Origin: an uncultured Pelagibacteraceae bacterium
GTDB lineage: Bacteria; Pseudomonadota; Alphaproteobacteria; Pelagibacterales; Pelagibacteraceae
Assembly: GCA_902633985.1 (NCBI GenBank)
Contig: CACPHV010000002.1
Span: forward strand, 45,439-109,438
Length of the DNA: 64,000 nt
Reading direction: 5' to 3'
Part shown: piece by piece, positions 20,023 through 28,888 of the stretch
Layout: every line of letters begins with the position of its first letter
Position numbering within the stretch: the stretch's first letter is position 1
The notes under the pieces: generated by a model
What the model was told of the DNA's origin: nothing
What the model saw: only the letters and a program-made list of their open reading frames with translations
Database searches by the model: none
Program-made: the position numbers and the translations under genes

Positions 20023-21833
20023 TGAAAGGTAATTTCATAGATAATTTGCCTAAAGTTTATGGAATCTATACTGGAGGATTTATAGGTTTCATAATCATCA
20101 TGGCAATTGCTGAACAGATGGGTATGTCAGCTAAAGCAATCGGTATTGCTTTCGTTGCATTTACTGTATTCATCTATGCATTAATCGGTTGGCTATCAAG
20201 AACAGCCCAAGCAGATGCATATTACGTAGCTGGAAGGCAAGTACCAACAGTCTTCAACGGAATGGCGACTGCAGCAGACTGGATGTCTGGTGCTTCATTC
20301 GTTGCAATGGCAGGTGGTATTTACTTTAAAGGTTACGGCTATATGGCACTACTTGTAGGCTGGACTGGTGGTTACGTGCTTGTTGCATCTTTATTAGCAC
20401 CATACTTAAGAAAATTTGGCTGTTATACAGTTCCAGATTTTATAGGTACTAGATACGGTGGTAATTTAGCTAGATTTAGCGCAGTAGTAGTTTTAACTGT
20501 TGCTTCATTTACTTATGTGACTGCACAAATTAACGCTACAGGTACTATCGCATCTGTTGCACTTGATATCCCATTCCAATACGCAGTTTATGTTGGACTA
20601 ATAAGTATTTTATTATGTTCAATGTTAGGTGGTATGAGAGGGGTAACTTGGACACAGGTTGCACAATATATCGTACTAATTATAGCTTACCTACTTCCAG
20701 TATTCTGGATCAGTAACAAAATGGGTGCGGGTTTCTTCCCTCACTTTATGTTAGCTGACGAGGTAGCTAGAATTGGTGAATTAGAACAACAGTTCGGTTT
20801 TGTTAAAAACGCGGCTGCTGATCTAAAATCAGTACCTAAAGGCTTAGCAGGAATAACTAAAGCTCACTCTGCAGTAAACGCTACACCTTGGGCGTTTATT
20901 TCATTAGCATTAGCGATGATGATGGGAACGGCTTCATTACCGCACGTGATGATGAGATACTTTACTACTCCAAGTGTAAAAGCAGCTAGAAAATCAGTAG
21001 GTTGGTCATTATTCTTTATCTTCCTACTTTATTCTTCTGCTCCAATGTTAGCTACATTATCTAAGTTATCATTGATCGACCCGAATTTACCAACTGGTAT
21101 TATCGGTAAGACATTTGCAGAAGTGGAAGCGATAGATTGGTACCAAAACTGGAACCAAGCAAACCTAATGTTTATCAGCGACTTTAACGGAAATGGAACT
21201 CTAGAATTAAATGAGTTCTTCATGGGTGGTAAAGCCGTTGTGTTAGCAACACCAGAGATAGCTGGATTACCTTACGTAATTTCAGGTCTAGTTGCTGCAG
21301 GAGGTATGGCAGCTGCCATGTCTACTGCCGATGGTTTGATTCTAGCGATTGCAAACGCTATATCACATGATGTTTACTACAAGATCATTGATCCAAAAGC
21401 GGAAACTGCAAAACGACTACTTGTTGCAAGGGTATTACTTGTAATAATTGGTTTTGCTGGAGCAACTATTGCAGCAATGGAGATTCAAGGAATCTTAGGT
21501 TCAGTTATCTGGGCTTTTGATTTTGCGATGTCTGGATTGTTCTTCCCACTTGTACTTGGTGTATGGTGGAAGAGAGCTAATAGACAAGGTGCGATTGCTG
21601 GTATGCTAGGTGGTCTAATCGCCGGTGCATGGTATTTAGTTTGGGTACGAACTGGTGGAAGTGGATTCCTAGGAATTACACAGTTAACATTTGGTATCTT
21701 CGGATCAGCTGTTAGTTTAGTTTTAATGGTAGTAGTTAGTTTAATGACTGCAGAACCAGATAAAGCTACTCAAAAAATGGTTGATGATGTACGTGTACCA
21801 AGTGGTAAATCAATTCTTGGTAAATCACATTAA
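20022..21833 (+). CDS. sodium:solute symporter, ActP-like (VC_2705 subfamily)
   Basis: YYVAGR, NGMATAADWMSGASF, GGMRGVTWTQVAQY, GTASLPH and AAAMSTADGL; next to acs. Confidence 0.9.
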   Translation: MKGNFIDNLPKVYGIYTGGFIGFIIIMAIAEQMGMSAKAIGIAFVAFTVFIYALIGWLSRTAQADAYYVAGRQVPTVFNGMATAADWMSGASFVAMAGGIYFKGYGYMALLVGWTGGYVLVASLLAPYLRKFGCYTVPDFIGTRYGGNLARFSAVVVLTVASFTYVTAQINATGTIASVALDIPFQYAVYVGLISILLCSMLGGMRGVTWTQVAQYIVLIIAYLLPVFWISNKMGAGFFPHFMLADEVARIGELEQQFGFVKNAAADLKSVPKGLAGITKAHSAVNATPWAFISLALAMMMGTASLPHVMMRYFTTPSVKAARKSVGWSLFFIFLLYSSAPMLATLSKLSLIDPNLPTGIIGKTFAEVEAIDWYQNWNQANLMFISDFNGNGTLELNEFFMGGKAVVLATPEIAGLPYVISGLVAAGGMAAAMSTADGLILAIANAISHDVYYKIIDPKAETAKRLLVARVLLVIIGFAGATIAAMEIQGILGSVIWAFDFAMSGLFFPLVLGVWWKRANRQGAIAGMLGGLIAGAWYLVWVRTGGSGFLGITQLTFGIFGSAVSLVLMVVVSLMTAEPDKATQKMVDDVRVPSGKSILGKSH

Positions 21834-21844
21834 ATAAATCTTTT

Positions 21845-21871
21845 AAAGGGGCGATTAATTTCGCCCCTTTT
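21845..21871 (+). terminator. intrinsic terminator after the symporter
   Basis: AAAGGGGCGA-TTAATT-TCGCCCCTTTT hairpin with a T tract. Confidence 0.9.
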
Positions 21872-21902
21872 ATTTCACTACTTTTTCCAATATAAATTTT
21901 AA

Positions 21903-22253
21903 ATGTCGGCAAATTTTCATCCTTTAATATATTTTATTGATTATTTACTTGGAATTATCATGTGGACTCTAATTGGAAGAGTAGCGATGAATATTTTTCA
22001 AAGAGAAGATTCACAATTCTTTTTCATGAGAGTATTTGTGAAATATACCAATCCTCTAATAAAATTATTTAAACCAATAACACCCTCATTTATCATTGGG
22101 CCACTGGTGCCCTTGTATGTTGCTTGGTTTTTCTACATGATTAGATTTTATCTAATGCCTTGGATCTTAGGCTATTCAGTCATGGGAATGTTGTCATTTC
22201 CTTTGGAGAGTGAAATTTCTAGACAAATTTATCAATTTTTTAATTCATTTTAA
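21903..22253 (+). CDS. small membrane protein (YggT-like)
   Basis: IDYLLGIIMWTLIGR...YTNPLI...ITP; 2-3 TM segments. Confidence 0.7.
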   Translation: MSANFHPLIYFIDYLLGIIMWTLIGRVAMNIFQREDSQFFFMRVFVKYTNPLIKLFKPITPSFIIGPLVPLYVAWFFYMIRFYLMPWILGYSVMGMLSFPLESEISRQIYQFFNSF

Positions 22254-22287
22254 TTTTTAAAATTGATACTAGTTAATCTAGTAATCA

Positions 22288-22947
22288 ATGAAAAATATAC
22301 AAATCTCACCATCAATACTATCGGCTGATTTTAGTCAGTTAGGTACAGAGATAAAAAGACTTGAAGAAGGTGGGGCTGATATGATTCATGTGGATGTGAT
22401 GGATGGTCATTTTGTTCCTAATTTAACAATAGGACCTCCAGTAATTAAAGCTCTTAGAAAACATTGTTCATTAAAATTTGATGTTCACTTAATGATTTCA
22501 CCAGTGCATAAATATATAGATGCTTATGCTGATGCGGGAGCAGATATTATTACTATTCATCCTGAGGCAACCGATAATTTAGAAAATTCAATTAAAAAAA
22601 TAAAAGACAAAAATAAAAAAGTTGGTGTTTCACTTAATCCTGAAACTAAAATTGATTTAATATTTGATATATTAGATCAAATAGATTTAGTCCTAATTAT
22701 GAGTGTAAATCCTGGATTTGGAGGGCAAAAATTTATGCCAGAAGTTTTAGATAAAATTAAAAAATTAAAAAAAATAAGAGAGCAAAAAAAGTTTGATTTT
22801 GACATAGAAATTGATGGTGGAATCAATTTTGATAACTGCAAAAGTGCAATTGATGCTGGTGCAAATATTCTTGTTTCCGGTACTACAGTGTTCAAAAGTA
22901 ATGATGGAGATATAAAGAAAAATATTGATTTATTAAAATTAAAATAA
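22288..22947 (+). CDS. rpe: ribulose-phosphate 3-epimerase
   Basis: SPSILSADF, HVDVMDGHFVPN, MSVNPGFGGQ and IDGG. Confidence 0.97.
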   Translation: MKNIQISPSILSADFSQLGTEIKRLEEGGADMIHVDVMDGHFVPNLTIGPPVIKALRKHCSLKFDVHLMISPVHKYIDAYADAGADIITIHPEATDNLENSIKKIKDKNKKVGVSLNPETKIDLIFDILDQIDLVLIMSVNPGFGGQKFMPEVLDKIKKLKKIREQKKFDFDIEIDGGINFDNCKSAIDAGANILVSGTTVFKSNDGDIKKNIDLLKLK

Positions 22948-22951
22948 GTTA

Positions 22952-24577
22952 ATGATTAATACAAATTCCTTAGGCATTTTAGGACAATTTTATTTTAATA
23001 TAAAAGAAACTTTTAAATCGATTTATCAAAATTCAAATTTTTACGAAAAAAAAATATCAAAAACTTTTAATAGTATTTTTGAATATAAACCAAGTCCTCA
23101 CTTACTTTCATCAATAATAAAATACCAAAATAAGAAATATAAAATTGAAGATTTTGCTATTGAGTCAATTTGGCAAAATAATTTAAACTTAAAAGATTAT
23201 GAAAAATTAAATAATTTTTTTTGGTTTTTCAGCTTAGATTTAAAATCGTCTAAAAAAACCACACAAACAGTCATAAAAAATTGGATTTCAAATAATAGTA
23301 AATATCATAAGAGAAGCTGGGAATTTGATTTAACAGCAAAAAGAATTATTTCATGGTTATCAAATCATCAACTCACTTATGAAGATAGTGACCAAGAATA
23401 TAGATCTAATTTTGATCATATGATTCAAAAACAAACTAATCATTTGTTAAATGAAATCAAAAACTCAAAAGAAGTGGAAAATAAAATGATTGGGTGTGCT
23501 GCAATCATTTTAACTGGGTTAGCTTATAAAAATGAAAAACAATATCTTATAAATGGATTGAATTTATTAAAAAATATCATTAAATCCACAATTGATAATC
23601 AAGGCTTTCCAAAATCAAGAAGTATTCGACAACTAATATTTTATTTAAAATATTTTATCATTATTAGAGAATGGTTCAAAGAATCTCAGAGTTTAATTCC
23701 TGAATATATTGATGAAACCATTTATTATTTAGGCTCGGGATACGCTTTCATATGGCAAAATATAAAACAGGATATTTTTTTTAATGGAAATTATTATTCT
23801 GAAAATAAAGAATTTGATCAATATTTAAAAAGGTTTGGTTATACTTTCAAAAACGAAATTAATGAACTTTGTGGATATGCAATTCTTAAAAATAAAAAAA
23901 TAATTCTCGCTGCAGATATTGGTTCTAGTCCTAACAAAACTTTTTCCAAAGACTATCAAGCAGGTGCTTTATCATTTGAAATATTTTCAAATGATAAAAA
24001 ATTAATTTCAAATGCTGGTTATTATTCTGATAGAAATAATAAATTTAATAAATTATCAAGAAGTACCTCTCTTCATTGCGCTTTAACCATTGAGGATTAT
24101 TCTTCTTGTACTTTTGCTAAGCATCAAAAGGGTTTTATTATTGATAGAGGACTGAAAGTATCAAAAAAAAATGTAGTTTTTGAAAATAATTATTGGAAAA
24201 TATCGGGTACACATGATGGTTATTTACTTAAATTTGGAACAGATTATGAGAGAGAGGTTGAGTTTTATCCAGAACAGATGAAATTTATTGGTTATGATAA
24301 ATTATTTAGAAAAACACCTAATAAAGAAATTAAATTTGATATTAGATTTCATCTCGATCCAAGATCAAAAGTGATGAAAACACAAGATAACAAATCTATA
24401 CTAATTGAAATAGATGAAGAAGGTTGGAAATTTAGCTGTGATAACTTTAATATTAATATTGATAATGGTTTATATTTCGGTAATAAAAATTCATATAAAG
24501 AAAACCAAAATATTTTTATCTCAGGAATAAATAATGAAAAAGAGCAGATAATAAAGTGGGAGCTAAGTAAATTATAA
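22952..24577 (+). CDS. heparinase II/III-like protein
   Basis: AGALSFE, SNAG, RSTSLH, HDGY and IRFHL; conserved alphaproteobacterial position upstream of purH. Confidence 0.8.
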   Translation: MINTNSLGILGQFYFNIKETFKSIYQNSNFYEKKISKTFNSIFEYKPSPHLLSSIIKYQNKKYKIEDFAIESIWQNNLNLKDYEKLNNFFWFFSLDLKSSKKTTQTVIKNWISNNSKYHKRSWEFDLTAKRIISWLSNHQLTYEDSDQEYRSNFDHMIQKQTNHLLNEIKNSKEVENKMIGCAAIILTGLAYKNEKQYLINGLNLLKNIIKSTIDNQGFPKSRSIRQLIFYLKYFIIIREWFKESQSLIPEYIDETIYYLGSGYAFIWQNIKQDIFFNGNYYSENKEFDQYLKRFGYTFKNEINELCGYAILKNKKIILAADIGSSPNKTFSKDYQAGALSFEIFSNDKKLISNAGYYSDRNNKFNKLSRSTSLHCALTIEDYSSCTFAKHQKGFIIDRGLKVSKKNVVFENNYWKISGTHDGYLLKFGTDYEREVEFYPEQMKFIGYDKLFRKTPNKEIKFDIRFHLDPRSKVMKTQDNKSILIEIDEEGWKFSCDNFNINIDNGLYFGNKNSYKENQNIFISGINNEKEQIIKWELSKL

Positions 24578-26115
24578 TGAAGAAAAAAATCAAAACAGCA
24601 CTTATTTCTGTATATGACAAAAAAAACTTAAAACCATTATTAAATATTTTAAAAAAAAATAAAATTAGATTAATAAGCTCTGGTGGTACATATAAAGAAA
24701 TTAAAAGATTAAAATTTAAATGTATAGAGGTGTCTGAATTTACAAATTCGCCTGAAATTTTAGAAGGTAGAGTGAAAACCCTTCATCCAAAAATTCATGC
24801 GGGAATTTTAAATAAAAGAGAAAAAAAATCTCACTTAAAAGATTTAAAAGATAATGAATTTGAAAATATTGATTTAGTAATTGTTAATTTTTATCCATTT
24901 GAGAACACTCTTAAAAAAACAAAAAAACACGAAACAATCATAGAAAATATAGATGTTGGTGGTCCTACAATGGTTAGATCAGCAGCTAAAAATTATAAAG
25001 ATGTAACTGTAATAACATCTTCAGACCAGTATGAGGAATTAATTCAAGAATTAAAAAAATTTAGAGGGTCTACTTCTTTTAATTTTAGAGAAAAACTATC
25101 AAGAATCGCTTTTGCTGAAACGGCTTATTATGACTCAGTAATTTCAGGTTATTTTAACAAAAAAACAAATACAATTTTCCCAAGTAAAAGAATTTTTCAT
25201 GGGATTTTAAAAGAACAACTTAGATATGGAGAAAATCCTCATCAACAAAGTGCAATTTACTCAAGTAATTTAAATACTAATTTAAAACAAATACATGGAA
25301 AACAACTAAGTTATAACAATTATAACGACATATTTAGTGCTCTAACTATTTCAAGATCATTACCTAAAGGCAAAGGAACAGTCATAGTAAAACATGCAAA
25401 TCCATGTGGAGTTTCTACTAAAAATGATCGCTTAGAAAGTTATAAGTCTGCTCTTTCTTGTGATCCTGTAAGTGCCTTTGGCGGAATAGTTTCTTGTAAT
25501 TTTAAAATTACTAGAAATTTAGCTTCAGAATTAAATAAGTTATTTTTTGAGGTGATAATTGCAAATGGGTTTGATGGCAATGCTGTCAGAATATTAAAAG
25601 CTAAAAAAAACCTTAGATTAATTGATGGAACAAATTATAAATCAGAAGAACTTCTTAAGTTTGCATCATTTAACCAAGCTATAATGATACAATCGGAGGA
25701 TTTAAGTTTATTTTCAAAAAAAAATTTTAAAATTGTATCAAAACGAAAACCAACATCTAAACAACTTAAAGATCTTATTTTTGCTTTTAATGTATGCAGA
25801 TATGTCAAATCAAATGCAATAGTGCTAGCATCTAATGAAAAAACTGTTGGTATTGGGTCTGGTCAACCAAGTAGGTTAGACAGTTGTCAAATAGCAATAA
25901 ATAAAATGAAAAAATTTAATCCTAATAGTGATAATTTAGTAGCTGCCTCAGACGCATTTTTTCCTTTTGTAGACGGTATTGAAAAATTAATACAATCTGG
26001 AGTTAGAGCGGTAGTTCAACCATCTGGATCAATAAGAGATAAAGAAATAATTAACTTTGCGAATGAAACCGATACTGTGCTACTTTTTTCAAAAACAAGA
26101 CACTTTAGGCATTAA
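24577..26115 (+). CDS. purH: bifunctional AICAR transformylase/IMP cyclohydrolase
   Basis: ALISVYDK, GRVKTLHP, LRYGENPHQ, KHANPCG and SDAFFPF. Confidence 0.97.
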   Translation: MKKKIKTALISVYDKKNLKPLLNILKKNKIRLISSGGTYKEIKRLKFKCIEVSEFTNSPEILEGRVKTLHPKIHAGILNKREKKSHLKDLKDNEFENIDLVIVNFYPFENTLKKTKKHETIIENIDVGGPTMVRSAAKNYKDVTVITSSDQYEELIQELKKFRGSTSFNFREKLSRIAFAETAYYDSVISGYFNKKTNTIFPSKRIFHGILKEQLRYGENPHQQSAIYSSNLNTNLKQIHGKQLSYNNYNDIFSALTISRSLPKGKGTVIVKHANPCGVSTKNDRLESYKSALSCDPVSAFGGIVSCNFKITRNLASELNKLFFEVIIANGFDGNAVRILKAKKNLRLIDGTNYKSEELLKFASFNQAIMIQSEDLSLFSKKNFKIVSKRKPTSKQLKDLIFAFNVCRYVKSNAIVLASNEKTVGIGSGQPSRLDSCQIAINKMKKFNPNSDNLVAASDAFFPFVDGIEKLIQSGVRAVVQPSGSIRDKEIINFANETDTVLLFSKTRHFRH

Positions 26116-26449
26116 GAATTTTATCTATCTTTGCTGCAAGAATAAAATCACTTTCTGCCAATCCTTTTATTGCATGCGTATATATTTTGATTCTAGCATA
26201 ACCCCATCCAAACCATAAATCAGGATGGTGACCTTCTTCTTCGGCAACTGATCCAACCTTGTTAATGAATTCCTGACTTTTTAAAAAATTATCAAATTTA
26301 AAACTTTTTATTAGATGAAACCCATCAATTTTATCTTCAACAACTTCCCATCCGTCAACTTTTTTTAAATATGTATGAATTTCTTCAGAATTAAAGGGTG
26401 GAATATTTCCTTCACAAGGTACACATTTTTTATTTGCTAGATCACTCAT
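26105..26449 (-). CDS. phhB: pterin-4-alpha-carbinolamine dehydratase
   Basis: CVPC, AEEEGHHPD and THAIKGLAESDFILAAKID. Confidence 0.92.
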   Translation of the reverse strand: MSDLANKKCVPCEGNIPPFNSEEIHTYLKKVDGWEVVEDKIDGFHLIKSFKFDNFLKSQEFINKVGSVAEEEGHHPDLWFGWGYARIKIYTHAIKGLAESDFILAAKIDKILNA

Positions 26450-27356
26450 TCGATAGAAAAATTTTAAGATTTTTTGAAAAGTTTTTTATTAAATAAAAGT
26501 TACCAATTGTCTTATATCTTTTTTTTAAATTTTTTAACATATTTAATATATCATCTAAGTTTTTTTTGTTATAATTTGTATCATATATTGAGTAATCGTA
26601 TTTAACTAAAAAATTCTTTAAATAGTTAATATTGTCCCGATTTTTAAAGATATATTTTGAAAATTCCATAATTATTAGAGGATCAGATTTTTTTATCACT
26701 TCTAAGGCACCTTTAATTGCATTTATTTCATTACCTTCTATGTCTAATTTTATAACTACAACATAATCATTTAATAAATAATTGCCTAGTATGTTGTCAA
26801 TTTTAATTGTCTCAACTTTTAATTCTGAATTTATTGCAAAATTATAATGTGCTTGAGAACTTTCCCAATCGTTCACACTCTCATAAAATGAAATATTTTT
26901 TTTACTTATGTCTGAAACTGCATTATTAAAAAAATTTATGTTCTTGAAATTATTTAAATTAAGATTTTTATTAAATTCTTTGGAAGTATCTTTTGATGCC
27001 TCAATTGATATAATTTTATTTTTTTCAGATAATGATGCAGTGTAAAAAGAGTAAAACCCATAATTACATCCACAATCAATAAATAATAATTTATTTAAAT
27101 CAGAATATTTTTTTATAATATATAGTTCATGATAATCTCCAAACTCACATTTTTTTAATAAAAAATAAGAAGTTTTATTTTTGTTTACACTTCCATAAAC
27201 TTTGAAGTTATATATTTGAAGAATTAAATCTCTGGATAAAAAATTTCTAACAAATCTAAAAATTAAATAATAAATAAAATTATGTTTAAAGTCTCTAATA
27301 TCTCCTTTATTTAAATATTTTTGAAAAATGAAAGTTAAAAAATCTGATTTAATCAC
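26442..27356 (-). CDS. FkbM family SAM-dependent methyltransferase
   Basis: FIDCGCNYGFYS, IEAS and IKLDIEGNE. Confidence 0.88.
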   Translation of the reverse strand: MIKSDFLTFIFQKYLNKGDIRDFKHNFIYYLIFRFVRNFLSRDLILQIYNFKVYGSVNKNKTSYFLLKKCEFGDYHELYIIKKYSDLNKLLFIDCGCNYGFYSFYTASLSEKNKIISIEASKDTSKEFNKNLNLNNFKNINFFNNAVSDISKKNISFYESVNDWESSQAHYNFAINSELKVETIKIDNILGNYLLNDYVVVIKLDIEGNEINAIKGALEVIKKSDPLIIMEFSKYIFKNRDNINYLKNFLVKYDYSIYDTNYNKKNLDDILNMLKNLKKRYKTIGNFYLIKNFSKNLKIFLSNE

Positions 27357-27363
27357 TATTTTT

Positions 27364-27438
27364 TGGAGCGGGCAAAGGGGGTCGAACCCTCGACCTTCTC
27401 GTTGGCAACGAGACGCTCTACCACTGAGCTATGCCCGC
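27364..27438 (-). tRNA. tRNA-Gly(GCC)
   Basis: Reverse complement GCGGGCATAGCTCAGTGGTAGAGCGTCTCGTTGCCAACGAGAAGGTCGAGGGTTCGACCCCCTTTGCCCGCTCCA folds as a cloverleaf with a GCC anticodon and encoded CCA. Confidence 0.97.
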
Positions 27439-27609
27439 TTTTAGTTAAATAATATAAATAACTAGTTTTTAAATTGTAAGCAATAATTAAATTGACGAGA
27501 AATATTACAATTATTTAAGTCTTATCATATCTTATGATGTAAATGGTTTTATCAAATCTTTATAGACTAAAAGTAAAGACAAAATGCTAAAATAAATTAA
27601 TATAATTTA

Positions 27610-28878
27610 ATGAACAAAACAGATATAAATAAAAGTATTCAAAATATCATAAATAATTTAAATAACAGAAATTTTGATAAAGCAATAAAAAAAATTGAAT
27701 TAATTTCTGAAGAAGATTTAAATTTTGAAATTTTAAAAAAACAAATTGAAATTTATGAAAATAATTTTCAAATCAAAATAAATAAATTTAAACTATTTAC
27801 AAATATTGGCGTCATACTTTTTAAAATAGGAAAAATAAGTAAATCAATTAATTTTTATAAATTTTCAATCCAGGATAATCCAAACTTTAGTTTGGCTTAT
27901 AATAATCTTGGTATTTCGTACCTAGAAATAGGTATGTTTGAAAAGGCAGCAGAAAATTTTGAAATAGCTTTTACATTAGATAACAACGAGCTTAATGCAC
28001 AAAAAAACTTAATTAATATATTAAATTTAATACATCCAAAATATAACGATAATGAAGGTATAATTAACTTAAATTACAGAATAAATTCAGAAGTAAAGAA
28101 ACTTAATATCAAAAATTATTTTGACTCAAAAAATATTAAGGAAATTTTAGAATTATGTAATAATCTCATTGAAAATTTTCAAAATGATTTAATTTTTAAT
28201 GAAACTCAAATTTTTAGAAAAAATTCTTATAACTTAAATTGTTTAAGACATTTTAAAGTTTTTAATGAGTTTAATGTCATTCCAAAATACTGCTTTAGCT
28301 GTTACAAAATACAAATAAATTTATTTACTATTATAGATTTAATTAAGTTATATTTTATTTTCGATAATATTAATTTAACAAAAAATAATATGAGAAAATG
28401 TATGGTCGAGACTAGAAATCAAATTAAAGGAAATTATAAAGGATATATTTATTGTACTGGGATAGAAGAGGCAAAAAATGTTCTAGAAGTAATTAATCAA
28501 GAAATAAAAATTGCAAAATTAAATAAGTTTAAAATTATAATTAAACATGGTTGTTCAGAATTTTATCAATCTTATCCTGAATTTGAAAAAATAAATTTTG
28601 ATGGAGAGCAAGTCATGAAATATAATGAAGAATGGTCAACAAAAGAAAAGATAATCGATGAAAGAGTTCCTAAAAGAAATGATAATGACAAAAAAGTTTG
28701 GGGCAGATATGTAAAAGGTATAAATCTTTCTGATGTTTTGATAATAAACAATTGGATAAATTATGCTGATATTATTGGGGATTTTAGTTATAAACAAATT
28801 TTTGAAAAAAAAATTAAAACTAATTTTTTAAGTAAAGCCTTAGAAAATCAAATCGAATTTAGAAAAAAAAATTTTTAA
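27610..28878 (+). CDS. TPR protein with Cys-rich C-terminal domain of unknown function
   Basis: TPR-like FTNIGVILFKIG and AYNNLGISYLEIG; C-terminal YCFSCYK and KHGCSEF. Confidence 0.8.
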   Translation: MNKTDINKSIQNIINNLNNRNFDKAIKKIELISEEDLNFEILKKQIEIYENNFQIKINKFKLFTNIGVILFKIGKISKSINFYKFSIQDNPNFSLAYNNLGISYLEIGMFEKAAENFEIAFTLDNNELNAQKNLINILNLIHPKYNDNEGIINLNYRINSEVKKLNIKNYFDSKNIKEILELCNNLIENFQNDLIFNETQIFRKNSYNLNCLRHFKVFNEFNVIPKYCFSCYKIQINLFTIIDLIKLYFIFDNINLTKNNMRKCMVETRNQIKGNYKGYIYCTGIEEAKNVLEVINQEIKIAKLNKFKIIIKHGCSEFYQSYPEFEKINFDGEQVMKYNEEWSTKEKIIDERVPKRNDNDKKVWGRYVKGINLSDVLIINNWINYADIIGDFSYKQIFEKKIKTNFLSKALENQIEFRKKNF

Positions 28879-28888
28879 ATTAATAACA

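Noticed and set aside
22952-24577. Heparinase as evidence of polysaccharide degradation
   Set aside because: This is a conserved alphaproteobacterial gene next to purH, with no signal peptide and no sugar-utilisation context.
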